Assembly (NCBI GenBank): GCA_965223115.1
Contig: OZ244982.1
Location: 817,560-881,559, forward strand
Length of the DNA: 64,000 nt
DNA from: Gammaproteobacteria bacterium
Lineage (GTDB): Bacteria > Pseudomonadota > Gammaproteobacteria > UBA4575
Reading direction: 5' to 3'
A model generated the notes under the pieces. It did no database searches and had not been told where the DNA came from. It saw only the letters and a program-made list of their open reading frames with translations. The position numbers and the translations under genes were made by a program. Within the stretch, counting starts at the first letter, position 1. Every line of letters starts with the position of its first letter. Shown here piece by piece: positions 29,751-39,643 of this stretch.

Positions 29751-30446
29751 CTATTTGAAGTTGCGTTCAATTATTGTTATTAGTTTTTCGTTTAGCTTAT
29801 TTCTTGATTTATCAATATTTGTACTAAATCTAATTTGGCTCTCTATGGCATCATCGAAATATGCATTCTTTTTTAATTCACGCAATCTATCAGAAATATA
29901 ATTACTAACTTGCTCATTGGCTGATGCTACATCTTCAACCATTTTTGAATACCCATCGATTAGAGAAATAATATCTTCTGCATCTTTACTTCCTAATATG
30001 TCACCCTTACCACGGTCGCCAAACGATTCAATCTTTGTAGCTAACAAATAAGTAGGACTAATTACTTTTATTTTTATTCCATCAATTTCAAGCGCACGCG
30101 CGTGCTCGGTAGCTTCTTTGAACCATTTATTTTTAAAGCCGAGTACACTTTCTTCAGTCGGCATAAAATCAACAGGAGTACCATTAAAAACGTAGCGGCA
30201 TATTGGAGCATCTTCTGATTGATCGTGCTTAAAACCTAATGCTTCAACTGTTTCAGAAAATTTATAAAATTCTGATTTTGTTGTTACTTGTATTACTACA
30301 TCAACATCTCTTGTTGGCCGTGGCCTATCATCATCATTTATATATAGTGATACGATCGCACCGCCGACAAACATTAGATCATCTAGCAAAGATTCAAGTG
30401 CCTTTGCTACTTTCAATAGTGAAATAGTATTAGGGTTATTCAACAC
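29751..30446 (-). CDS. Pol-beta-superfamily nucleotidyltransferase (AbiEii / DUF1814-like candidate toxin)
   Basis: 231 aa. hG[GS]-x(n)-DhD signature (…FVGGAIVSLYINDDDRPRPTRDVDVVIQV…). Its start overlaps the stop of the upstream 188-aa gene by 11 nt. Confidence 0.5.
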   Translation of the reverse strand: MLNNPNTISLLKVAKALESLLDDLMFVGGAIVSLYINDDDRPRPTRDVDVVIQVTTKSEFYKFSETVEALGFKHDQSEDAPICRYVFNGTPVDFMPTEESVLGFKNKWFKEATEHARALEIDGIKIKVISPTYLLATKIESFGDRGKGDILGSKDAEDIISLIDGYSKMVEDVASANEQVSNYISDRLRELKKNAYFDDAIESQIRFSTNIDKSRNKLNEKLITIIERNFK

Positions 30447-31002
30447 CTAACTTTTCTTTGATAGCTTGTGCGCCAACTTCGCGTACTCTAACATCGCCGA
30501 CTCTTTGTGAGTCGAGTAAAGCTAACATTTCGTATAGTTCTGGATCTTCTTTGGCAGCTTCAGGTGCGAGTTCATGAATCGGATCACATGAATAACCTTC
30601 AACACCTTCATCGTCAGGCCAAACCCAATGTAGCTGATCGCTAGGTGCTAGTTGCTCATCAAATAGGCCAATAGCATCAGCCGTTGGCATACCCCTGACT
30701 TTTGCTCTACTTGCACCTGCTGGAAATGCGTACTTAGCACCATGAATCATGAACTCAGCCAATGCGCGCCGATTCACTTTTAAATCGCCCTTGTCACGTT
30801 TGCCTTTATTTCCAGATAGTAGGGATGCAGACTTGGCGCGCTCGACAGCATATTTCACAGCACTGGGAGGCATGCCCCCAAGTGATTCACCTAATGACTG
30901 GAATGAATAGTTGTCATCAAGTACAGCTAATTTCATCGCTACAAGTAAGTCTTGTGGCTTGAGTGCATCACTATTTTTCATGGCTATTTCCTTAATGTTC
31001 AA
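30436..31002 (-). CDS. Hypothetical protein, candidate cognate partner (antitoxin or regulator) of the nucleotidyltransferase
   Basis: 188 aa, translationally coupled (11-nt overlap) to the nucleotidyltransferase gene. Lysine-rich central segment. No motif recognised. Confidence 0.35.
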   Translation of the reverse strand: MNIKEIAMKNSDALKPQDLLVAMKLAVLDDNYSFQSLGESLGGMPPSAVKYAVERAKSASLLSGNKGKRDKGDLKVNRRALAEFMIHGAKYAFPAGASRAKVRGMPTADAIGLFDEQLAPSDQLHWVWPDDEGVEGYSCDPIHELAPEAAKEDPELYEMLALLDSQRVGDVRVREVGAQAIKEKLGVE

Positions 31003-31264
31003 TATTCTAGAATTTAGAATATTATATAGTTAATTTAGGAAAATACAAGGGCAAGTCAATAGCAAAGTACATAGGAAATGGTCTAAGTTATTGATTTATA
31101 TGTAGCTGCTTAGCGGCTCTTAGCTACCGTTAGGTGATGGTGATATCTGAGTCGACAACCTCTTCATGGTAGTGATGACTGTCACCCTCGTGGTCAATTT
31201 GCTAGCCGGTTGTGAATACTTCTAGCGCTTCAACTCTGAGCTTGATTAGCGAATAATCTAGGCA

Positions 31265-32314
31265 ATGGCTCTTGGTCCCCTCATGGTAGATTTATGTGCA
31301 GATACCATATCTGCACAGGAACGAAAACTTTTGCAGTCACCTCAAGTAGGTGGCGTAATCCTATTTAGCCGAAATTTTACTTCTATTGAAAAATTAAGTG
31401 CATTGATTGATGAGATCCATGCACTACGCCACCCAAGGCTATTAGTCGCGATTGACCAAGAGGGAGGCCGTGTACAACGGTTGCGCGATGGGTTTACACA
31501 ATTACCTGCGATAAAACTTTTGGGCGATCTTTATGAGAAAGACACCAAACGAGCTTGTGATTTATCTGAAATTAGCGGCTGGTTGATGGCCGCTGAACTT
31601 AGATCAATTGGAATTGATTTTAGTTTTGCACCCGTACTGGATCTTAACTACGGCATTAGCCAAGTTATTGGGGATCGTGCTTTTCATAAAGACCCGGATG
31701 TTGTATCTACCTTGGCTTCACGTTACATACATGGAATGAAAGACGCAGGGATGCAAGCAGTGGGTAAGCATTTTCCAGGTCATGGCTATGTTACTGCGGA
31801 TTCTCATATCGATTTGCCGACAGATACCCGTACATATCAAGATATTTTAATGGCAGACATCATCCCTTTTCAGCGCATGATAGATCACGGTCTTGCTGGG
31901 ATAATGAGTGCACATGTTATTTATGAAAAAGTCGACAAGAAAATCGCTACATTTTCAAAGAAATGGTTAGATACGATGTTACGTCAGCAATTAGAGTTTA
32001 ATGGTGTAATTTTCAGTGATGATTTAAGTATGAAAGCTGCGGATTGTGGTGATGAATACATCGAGCGTATCCATAAAGCTTTATCTGCTGGCTGTGATAT
32101 GGTGCTTGTTTGTAATGCAAGTGAACAAGCTTGTGATGTTGCAGAGAGGCTAGAAAACTATAACAATCCAACTTCTCAGATTCGTTTGACACGAATGCAT
32201 GGAGGCAAAGATCCACTTTCATACTATGAGTTGCGTCAGACAGATAAATGGAAGCATGCTGTAGCACAAGTCGAATCTTACCAAGTCTCGCCTTATGGTG
32301 AATTAACAATTTAA
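31265..32314 (+). CDS. nagZ: Beta-N-acetylhexosaminidase NagZ (peptidoglycan recycling)
   Basis: 349 aa. GH3 N-terminal domain with …VGGVILFSRNF…, …IDQEGGRVQRL…, …KHFPGHG…. Confidence 0.85.
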   Translation: MALGPLMVDLCADTISAQERKLLQSPQVGGVILFSRNFTSIEKLSALIDEIHALRHPRLLVAIDQEGGRVQRLRDGFTQLPAIKLLGDLYEKDTKRACDLSEISGWLMAAELRSIGIDFSFAPVLDLNYGISQVIGDRAFHKDPDVVSTLASRYIHGMKDAGMQAVGKHFPGHGYVTADSHIDLPTDTRTYQDILMADIIPFQRMIDHGLAGIMSAHVIYEKVDKKIATFSKKWLDTMLRQQLEFNGVIFSDDLSMKAADCGDEYIERIHKALSAGCDMVLVCNASEQACDVAERLENYNNPTSQIRLTRMHGGKDPLSYYELRQTDKWKHAVAQVESYQVSPYGELTI

Positions 32315-32336
32315 TTATTTAATACTGCCTTCAAAT

Positions 32337-33455
32337 ATGGAAAAAATAGATTTTGCAAAGTACATTCAATCATTAGAGCTAGTAGATTTTACAGGATCTT
32401 GGGTCTTGCAAGTTTTTATTATTGTTTTAGCAGTCTTGCTATTTAATTTTGGCTTTAAGCTATTTTTACACAAGCTGGCTAAAAGGGCAGAGTCTTCAAC
32501 AAATCCTTGGGATGATGCATTTATACACTCAGTTCGTAAACCTTTACGATTTTTAGTTTGGGTAATAGGGATTTTATTTGCTGCAGAAATTGTTGCTAGC
32601 CGTACAGATGCAGAAATATTTAAGGCGATCAATCCAATTAGGGATGTGGCCATTGTTGCAACATTGGCTTGGTTCTTAATCCGTTTTGTAAAAGAATTCG
32701 AAAAAGCATTTATTCGAAAAAAATATCAATCTGGTGCAGCCATTGACCTTACCACTACGCATGCGTTGGCTAAGCTTGTGCGAGCATCTGTTTTTATTAC
32801 AGCTGCATTGGTGATGTTGCAAACCTTGGGCTTTAGTATTTCGGGTGTTTTAGCATTTGGCGGCATTGGTGGTATTGCAGTAGGTTTTGCGGCTAAAGAT
32901 TTATTGTCCAATTTTTTTGGTGGCTTGATGATATATCTAGACCGGCCATTTAGAGTAGGAGACTGGATTCGCTCACCTGATAAAGAGTTAGAAGGTACAG
33001 TAGAAGAAATTGGTTGGCGTCAAACGAGGATACGTACTTTTAGTAAACGTCCAATTTATGTGCCAAATTCAATTTTCATGAATATCATAGTAGAGAATCC
33101 ATCACGTATGTCACATCGAAGAATTTATGAAACCATCGGTGTTCGTTATGATGATATCCATAGCATGGATAAAATTGTTGATGAAGTGAAGCAAATGCTA
33201 CGTAAACACGAACAGATTGATCAAACACAAACTATGATTGTTAATTTCAATGCGTTCAGTGAATCATCTGTAGATTTCTTTGTGTATACCTTCACAAAAA
33301 CAACAAATTGGATTCAATTTCACGAAGTAAAGCAGGATGTGCTGTTAAAGATCTCGGAAATTATTGAAAATAATAATGCCAGCATAGCATTTCCAACGCG
33401 TGTTATACAGCTTGAAAAAGAAGATACAAATTTAACTCCTTCGCTGCAAAATTAG
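32337..33455 (+). CDS. Small-conductance mechanosensitive channel (MscS family)
   Basis: 372 aa. N-terminal TM helices and a conserved MscS core (…GGIGGIAVGFAAKDLLSNFFGGLMIYLDRPFRVGDWI…). Confidence 0.8.
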   Translation: MEKIDFAKYIQSLELVDFTGSWVLQVFIIVLAVLLFNFGFKLFLHKLAKRAESSTNPWDDAFIHSVRKPLRFLVWVIGILFAAEIVASRTDAEIFKAINPIRDVAIVATLAWFLIRFVKEFEKAFIRKKYQSGAAIDLTTTHALAKLVRASVFITAALVMLQTLGFSISGVLAFGGIGGIAVGFAAKDLLSNFFGGLMIYLDRPFRVGDWIRSPDKELEGTVEEIGWRQTRIRTFSKRPIYVPNSIFMNIIVENPSRMSHRRIYETIGVRYDDIHSMDKIVDEVKQMLRKHEQIDQTQTMIVNFNAFSESSVDFFVYTFTKTTNWIQFHEVKQDVLLKISEIIENNNASIAFPTRVIQLEKEDTNLTPSLQN

Positions 33456-33467
33456 CAGGCAATTATT

Positions 33468-34031
33468 ATGAGTGAAACTTTATTGCGTGAAGCAACTGAG
33501 ACGCTTGAACAAGCTGATCTTATAATAAATGAAAAAACTATATATAAAGCTATAGATGAACTTGTAGAAAAAATAAAAGAATATATTAACGATAATGAAG
33601 TTCCTGTGCTTTTATGTGTTATGCGCGGCGGCTTAATGTTTACTTCAGAATTAATGAAACGATTACAAATGCCAGTCGAGTTGGATTATGTTCATGTGGA
33701 TCGCTATCGTGATAAAACACAAGGCGGTAGTTTGCACTGGCATAAAGAGCCTGATGCAAATCTAAACGAACGTCTTGTACTGCTAGCAGATGATATTTTT
33801 GATGAAGGCTATACTATGCAAGAGTTAATAGCTTACTGTAAAGCTAAAGGTGCGCGTGAAGTAAAATCAGTTGTATTGTTAAAAAAATCTCTTGCTGAAA
33901 AATATATTGATATTGAACCAGATTTTGTTGGTCTAGAGTGTGTAGATCGATATGTGTTTGGTTGGGGGATGGATTACAAAGGATATTGGCGCAATTTGTC
34001 GGATGTCTACGCAGTGAGTAGGGACAACTAA
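33468..34031 (+). CDS. hpt: Hypoxanthine/guanine phosphoribosyltransferase
   Basis: 187 aa. PRPP-binding motif …VLLADDIFDEGYTM…. Confidence 0.75.
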   Translation: MSETLLREATETLEQADLIINEKTIYKAIDELVEKIKEYINDNEVPVLLCVMRGGLMFTSELMKRLQMPVELDYVHVDRYRDKTQGGSLHWHKEPDANLNERLVLLADDIFDEGYTMQELIAYCKAKGAREVKSVVLLKKSLAEKYIDIEPDFVGLECVDRYVFGWGMDYKGYWRNLSDVYAVSRDN

Positions 34032-34038
34032 ACCATCC

Positions 34039-34779
34039 ATGACCCATTTGGCTATTATTGGAGGTACGGGCTTTTCTGATTTCAGTGAGTTAAGTATTCT
34101 ACGCACAGAAAATATTGAAACACCTTATGGATTGCCAAGCGCATCTATAATTATTGGCGAGCTAGCGGGAAAAGAAATTGCGTTTCTTGCCAGACACGGC
34201 GAAAAACATACTATTGCTCCACACAAAATAAATTATCGAGCCAACCTTTGGGCACTAAAAAGTATTGGTGTTAAAAATATTATTGCAATTGCTGCCGTAG
34301 GTGGAATTAACCCAGCGATCCCTCCTAAAAAAATAATTATTCCAGATCAAATTATTGATTATACCTACTCGCGTAAACATACTTTTTTTGAAGAAGAGTC
34401 TGACGGGGTCACCCATATCGATTTTACCAGGCCTTATTGTGAAGAACTTAGGCAACAGCTTATAGATATAACAAAACAGCAGAATATAGATGTATTTAAA
34501 GGCGGTACTTATGGCGCCACTCAAGGGCCACGCTTAGAAACTGCAGCTGAGATTAAGCGTATGGACCGGGATGGCTGTGACATCGTTGGCATGACAGGGA
34601 TGCCTGAAGCGGCTTTGGCTAAAGAATTAGGTTTGTGTTATGCAACGCTTGCGCTATGTGTAAATTGGGCTGCAGGAATTACTAAAAGTGAAATCACTAT
34701 GGAAGAGATTCAACAATCTATTAAAGAAGGAATGATTTCGATAAATCAAGCATTACTACGATTTATTAAAACAATGTAA
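34039..34779 (+). CDS. mtnP: S-methyl-5'-thioadenosine phosphorylase (PNP/MTAP family)
   Basis: 246 aa. …LAIIGGTGFSD… N-terminus and …GCDIVGMTGMPEA… motif of MTAP. Confidence 0.75.
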   Translation: MTHLAIIGGTGFSDFSELSILRTENIETPYGLPSASIIIGELAGKEIAFLARHGEKHTIAPHKINYRANLWALKSIGVKNIIAIAAVGGINPAIPPKKIIIPDQIIDYTYSRKHTFFEEESDGVTHIDFTRPYCEELRQQLIDITKQQNIDVFKGGTYGATQGPRLETAAEIKRMDRDGCDIVGMTGMPEAALAKELGLCYATLALCVNWAAGITKSEITMEEIQQSIKEGMISINQALLRFIKTM

Positions 34780-35188
34780 TAAAAAATTAATATTTAAATT
34801 TTCTCTTAATAGAAATATTGAGACAGATATATTACTCCAAAATAAATTAAATTTATTTTACAAGTTTATGTAAAGTAAAAATTTTTATTATTTAATTTAA
34901 AGTAAAAAATTTCAGAATGCACATTCGTCAAAAAAACGACGTATTGTGTTTGTTTTTTCTTATATAAAAATTTGTAACAAACTTCACAGTTTTGATACCT
35001 ATATACAATTTTAATGCACTTAACAAAACTATGTTTTGAATTTTATATAGTTTTAAGTGTTTGTAGTAATTTTATATTAGCAATATGTTAATTTATATTT
35101 AAAAATTACTAACGTAGGTTTAGGGGAGATATCAATAATGAGATTGATTAAGAGCTAATTTAACTAGTATTAACTTTATAAATACTAG

Positions 35189-35875
35189 TTAAGAATCTGC
35201 AGGGCGGATTTCTACCAGTATGCCTAATATGGGATGATCAAGGTAGTGTAGTTGTTTGCTGCGCATTTTGCGGTGAGTTTTAATTGCAAAATCTGCAAGC
35301 ACGCGATCTCTGCCTAGTGCATTATCATTACCTATTGTGTTTGCAGAAAAAGGTCGGCGATAGGCTAAGTCAGTATAGACGTGTAAATAGCGTCCCAACA
35401 CAATTTTTATTGTGCCATCTAATTCATTTACAGGATGGTTTTTAGGATGTTTGCGGTCACTAAAGTCTGTTTGTACAAATGACCTCTCTCTAAACTCATT
35501 GCGATAATCTTTGCCGGCATGGATACGTACGGGGATAGCCTCTTCTTTTGCCAGCCCAGGCTGTAACCAAGCAGCATGCTTTAATACTTTATAGCGCCCT
35601 GTTTTATTTAATGCAGCGGCTTCGTTGGTTAATGTTAAAGCTTCGTTGGGATAAGGAACAAATCCATAGTTTACTGCACTGTCATCCAGAACAAGTGAGC
35701 CTTGTAAGTTGGGAATAACTGGTTCTGTAGATATATGTATTGAGTTTGCAGAGCCCGCTTTTGTATCCGTAAAAAAGATCATTTCAACTATATAATCTTT
35801 TGCATTTGCAGCTGGTGAAACAAGAAGAGCAAATAAAATTACGCGTGCTATATTTTTATTGATTATGTTAATCAT
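35189..35875 (-). CDS. CsiV-like periplasmic protein (DUF2066 family)
   Basis: 228 aa. Signal peptide then …YIVEMIFF… opening typical of the CsiV family. Located immediately downstream of mfd, as csiV is in Vibrio. Confidence 0.4.
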   Translation of the reverse strand: MINIINKNIARVILFALLVSPAANAKDYIVEMIFFTDTKAGSANSIHISTEPVIPNLQGSLVLDDSAVNYGFVPYPNEALTLTNEAAALNKTGRYKVLKHAAWLQPGLAKEEAIPVRIHAGKDYRNEFRERSFVQTDFSDRKHPKNHPVNELDGTIKIVLGRYLHVYTDLAYRRPFSANTIGNDNALGRDRVLADFAIKTHRKMRSKQLHYLDHPILGILVEIRPADS

Positions 35876-35887
35876 TATAAATTTGTA

Positions 35888-38800
35888 TTATGCGGCCTGT
35901 TTTAATTGTAGATTATTTAATAGATCTACAATAGCATCAATTCGTTCTTGGGGGGTTTCTGTTTCAGTATATATAGTAAGTTTTTCAGAACCATCGAGTT
36001 TATATATTTCTGGGTCATTTTGAATCAAAGACAATAATTTTGTTACATCTATATTAGGTGATTTTGCAAAGCGCAAACGGAGGATTTCATGTCCGGCTTC
36101 AATTTTAGTTACGCCAAAATCTGTTGCGATTAGTTTTAGATGAGTAACATGAAACAGATTCTTAGCAAAATCTGGAAGCAAGCCAAAGCGATCAATCAAT
36201 TCTACTTCAAGATCATCTAAATCATCTTGTGTATTAGCGCTGGCGATGCGTTTGTACAGTACTAGTCGTGTATGGACATCGGGCACATAGTCATCAGGTA
36301 ATAATGCTGGTATGCCTAAGTCTATTTCTATGCCTTGGTCAAAAGGAAGGTCAAGTTCTGGTATATCGCCTGCCTTGAGCGCAGCGACTGCACGCCCTAA
36401 AAGTTCATTATATAAACTGAAGCCAATTTCTTGAATTTGACCACTCTGTTCAGCGCCGAGCAATTCTCCAGCTCCTCTTATTTCTAAATCATGTGTTGCC
36501 AAAGTAAATCCAACCCCAAGATCCTCTAATGATTCTATGGCCTCTAAACGTTTTATGGCATCGCTGGTCATGGCCGAACGTGGTGGTGCAATTAAATATG
36601 CATAGGCACGGTGGTGAGAGCGTCCCACACGTCCACGAATCTGATGTAGTTGTGAAAGCCCTAATTTATCCGCTCTATTAATGATAATTGTATTAGCCGA
36701 AGGAATGTCGATTCCATTTTCAATGATCGTGGTACAAACTAAAATACTGAAACGCTGGTGGTAAAAATCTAGCATGACTTGTTCTAAGTCTCGCTCAGGC
36801 ATTTGGCCATGTGCAATTCTAATAGCGGTGTCAGGTAATAATTGTTGTATGTCTTTCGCAGTTTTTTCGATTGTTTTTACTTCATTATGTAGGAAAAAGA
36901 CCTGGCCTCCTCGTTTTAACTCCCTTAAACAAGCTTCTTGAATCATATTGTCATTCCAAGTGCCGACGAATGTTTTTATAGCATGGCGATGATTTGGTGG
37001 AGTTGCGATAATGGATAAATCGCGTAACCCGCTTAATGACATGTTTAATGTCCTCGGGATTGGAGTTGCAGTTAAAGTGAGGATATCCACTTCTGTACGC
37101 ATTTTCTTTAAAACTTCCTTTTGGCGAACGCCAAAACGTTGTTCTTCATCGACAACAATTAAACCTAAGTTTTTAAACTTAATGTCCGAGCTTAAAAGCT
37201 TATGTGTACCAATGACAATATCCACGGTTCCATCTTCTAAGCCCGCTAATACAAGTTTTTGGTTTTTTGCTGAGAGAAAGCGAGATATGTGTTCAATTCG
37301 AAATGGCCAGTCTGCAAATCGATCACTAAAACTTTGAAAATGTTGTGATGCAAGTAGGGTAGTGGGAACAAGTACCGCAACTTGTTTGCCTGTTGATACA
37401 GCAACAAATGCAGCACGCATGGCAACTTCTGTCTTGCCAAAACCTACGTCGCCACAAACTACACGGTCCATTGGTCTAGTAGATTCCATGTCGATTGTTA
37501 CATCATCAATGGCTTTTTGCTGATCAGGTGTTTCTTCGTATGGAAAAGTGGAACAAAATGAATTCATTTCTTGATGGTCCACTATATATTGATAGCCTTG
37601 CTTTGCCTCGCGGCGTGAATAAATATCGAGAAGTTCTGCAGCAACATCTTTAGCACGTTCTGCAGCTCTACGTTTTATATTTTTCCAAACATCGCCACCT
37701 AAACGATGTAATGGTGCGTTTTCTTCAGAAGCACCAGTGTAACGACTGACTAAATGTAAAGATGAAACAGGGACATAGAGAATATCACCATCAGCATATT
37801 CTAATGTAAGAAATTCAGTTTTGGTTCCACTAAGCGTGAGCGTTTTTAGGCCTTTATATCTTCCTACACCATGATCTTCGTGTACTACAGGTGAGCCTTC
37901 ACTTAGATCGGAAAGATTCTTGATTAATGACTCAGCATCCCGAATTTGCCTTCTACGCTGTCTTTTCTGTTTCGCGCGAGCACCGAATAGATTGCTCTCG
38001 GTAATAATAGCTATTTTATTTTGCTCTAAAACAAGACCTTCTTCTAATGGGCCAATAGAGATTGCAAGCTTATGGTCTTGTAGCAAAAAATCATGCCAGT
38101 CATTTACTACAGTTGGGTGTAATGAGAACCCTTTTAATACATCTAGTAAATATTCTCGTCGTCCTGGTGATTCAGCTAAAAAAAGAATTTTATAGTTCTT
38201 ATTCTCTATAAATCTTTTTAATTCACTAGCAGGGTCTTTAATATGTGTATTAATCGTTACATTTTGTAATGCATGTGTGTCAAAATTGTATTGATCTCGA
38301 TGTAATTGCTCTAACTCATATTGCTGTAAACGAATTGTATTGAGTTTAAGGATGTTTTTTTCGAAGTATTCAGTCGATATCCAGAGTTGCTTAGGATGTA
38401 ATGGTGGACGTTCCAGATCATATTTTCTTTGCTCATATCTATAAAAAACATCGTTCTCAAATTCTTCTGTAATTTCGAAAATATTCTCTATTAGAACAAC
38501 TTGTGTATTTTCAGGTATGTAATCGAAAAATGTACTGGTTTCTTCACAAAACAATGGTAAATAATATTCAATACCTGAGGGTAAGTTATTGTTGCTTACA
38601 TCCCGGTAGATAATGCTTTTATTGGGGTCGCCTTCAAATTGCACTCTATAGTTTTGTCTAAATCGTTTAATAGAGTCTTGGTCAGTAGGAAATTCTCTTG
38701 CTGGAAGAATTTGTATACTTTCTACTTTATTTGTTGAAACTTGGTTCTCAGGATTAAATATACGAATGGTTTCAATTTCATTATCGAAGAGGTCGATGCG

Positions 38801-39343
38801 AAAAGGTGCTGTGCAACCCATCGGGAAAAGATCAATGATGGAGCCTCGTACAGCAAATTCGCCATGTGTAAATACTTGTGATACGTATTGATAACCAGCA
38901 TTTACTAGTGTTTGTTTAAACGTTTCTAAATCAAGCTGATCATTGATTGTAAGGTTAAGAGTTTGTCCTAGTACGAATGATTTGGGTGCCAGTTTTGAAA
39001 GAATGGTGCTGGCAGAGATGATAAGTGCGCCTTGTTTCGTTTTTGGCAAAGCACATAATGCTTGAAGACGGTCCGATATAATGTCTTCATGTGGAGAAAA
39101 CACGTCATAAGGAAGCGTTTCTGAATCTGGAAACATATATATATCTGTATCGTCATTACTAAAAAATCTTATTTCTCTTTCTAAGATATGTGCAGATTGA
39201 ATATCTGCAGAAATAATAAGTGTTAGGCCTTGGAATTGTTCTATTGCTTTGGCAAGTATTAAGCCTTTACTGCAGCCATAGGTACGTCCCCAAGTGATGT
39301 GAGTATGGTCTTGATTGGGTAAAGGCGGGTTGAAGATATCCAT
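35888..39343 (-). CDS. mfd: Transcription-repair coupling factor
   Basis: 1151 aa. UvrB-homology N-terminus, RNAP-interaction domain, SF2 helicase motifs (…DVGFGKTEVA…, …VVDEEQRFGV…, …LTLTATPIPRTL…) and TRG motif. Confidence 0.95.
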   Translation of the reverse strand: MDIFNPPLPNQDHTHITWGRTYGCSKGLILAKAIEQFQGLTLIISADIQSAHILEREIRFFSNDDTDIYMFPDSETLPYDVFSPHEDIISDRLQALCALPKTKQGALIISASTILSKLAPKSFVLGQTLNLTINDQLDLETFKQTLVNAGYQYVSQVFTHGEFAVRGSIIDLFPMGCTAPFRIDLFDNEIETIRIFNPENQVSTNKVESIQILPAREFPTDQDSIKRFRQNYRVQFEGDPNKSIIYRDVSNNNLPSGIEYYLPLFCEETSTFFDYIPENTQVVLIENIFEITEEFENDVFYRYEQRKYDLERPPLHPKQLWISTEYFEKNILKLNTIRLQQYELEQLHRDQYNFDTHALQNVTINTHIKDPASELKRFIENKNYKILFLAESPGRREYLLDVLKGFSLHPTVVNDWHDFLLQDHKLAISIGPLEEGLVLEQNKIAIITESNLFGARAKQKRQRRRQIRDAESLIKNLSDLSEGSPVVHEDHGVGRYKGLKTLTLSGTKTEFLTLEYADGDILYVPVSSLHLVSRYTGASEENAPLHRLGGDVWKNIKRRAAERAKDVAAELLDIYSRREAKQGYQYIVDHQEMNSFCSTFPYEETPDQQKAIDDVTIDMESTRPMDRVVCGDVGFGKTEVAMRAAFVAVSTGKQVAVLVPTTLLASQHFQSFSDRFADWPFRIEHISRFLSAKNQKLVLAGLEDGTVDIVIGTHKLLSSDIKFKNLGLIVVDEEQRFGVRQKEVLKKMRTEVDILTLTATPIPRTLNMSLSGLRDLSIIATPPNHRHAIKTFVGTWNDNMIQEACLRELKRGGQVFFLHNEVKTIEKTAKDIQQLLPDTAIRIAHGQMPERDLEQVMLDFYHQRFSILVCTTIIENGIDIPSANTIIINRADKLGLSQLHQIRGRVGRSHHRAYAYLIAPPRSAMTSDAIKRLEAIESLEDLGVGFTLATHDLEIRGAGELLGAEQSGQIQEIGFSLYNELLGRAVAALKAGDIPELDLPFDQGIEIDLGIPALLPDDYVPDVHTRLVLYKRIASANTQDDLDDLEVELIDRFGLLPDFAKNLFHVTHLKLIATDFGVTKIEAGHEILRLRFAKSPNIDVTKLLSLIQNDPEIYKLDGSEKLTIYTETETPQERIDAIVDLLNNLQLKQAA

Positions 39344-39643
39344 GCAGATTCAGTCAAATATCTCAGTTATATTAAAAAAGCACGCCATTCTACTTATTGT
39401 GTCTGAGAAATACAGACTTCTTACTCGTGTAGCAATATTTTTATCTAACATATCCAATATTGCTAGATTGGCTTTGATCTCCCTAGCAATAAATTGATGA
39501 GAATCATTCTCATTATCTAAAATTTACCAACCATCGGACCTAACGAATCATTCATCGATTCTGGATCTCTACATGTTAAGATTCCTGTGTAATTAATGAG
39601 TTACACGAAATAATCAAATAATTCCTAAATCGGACTAAACATT

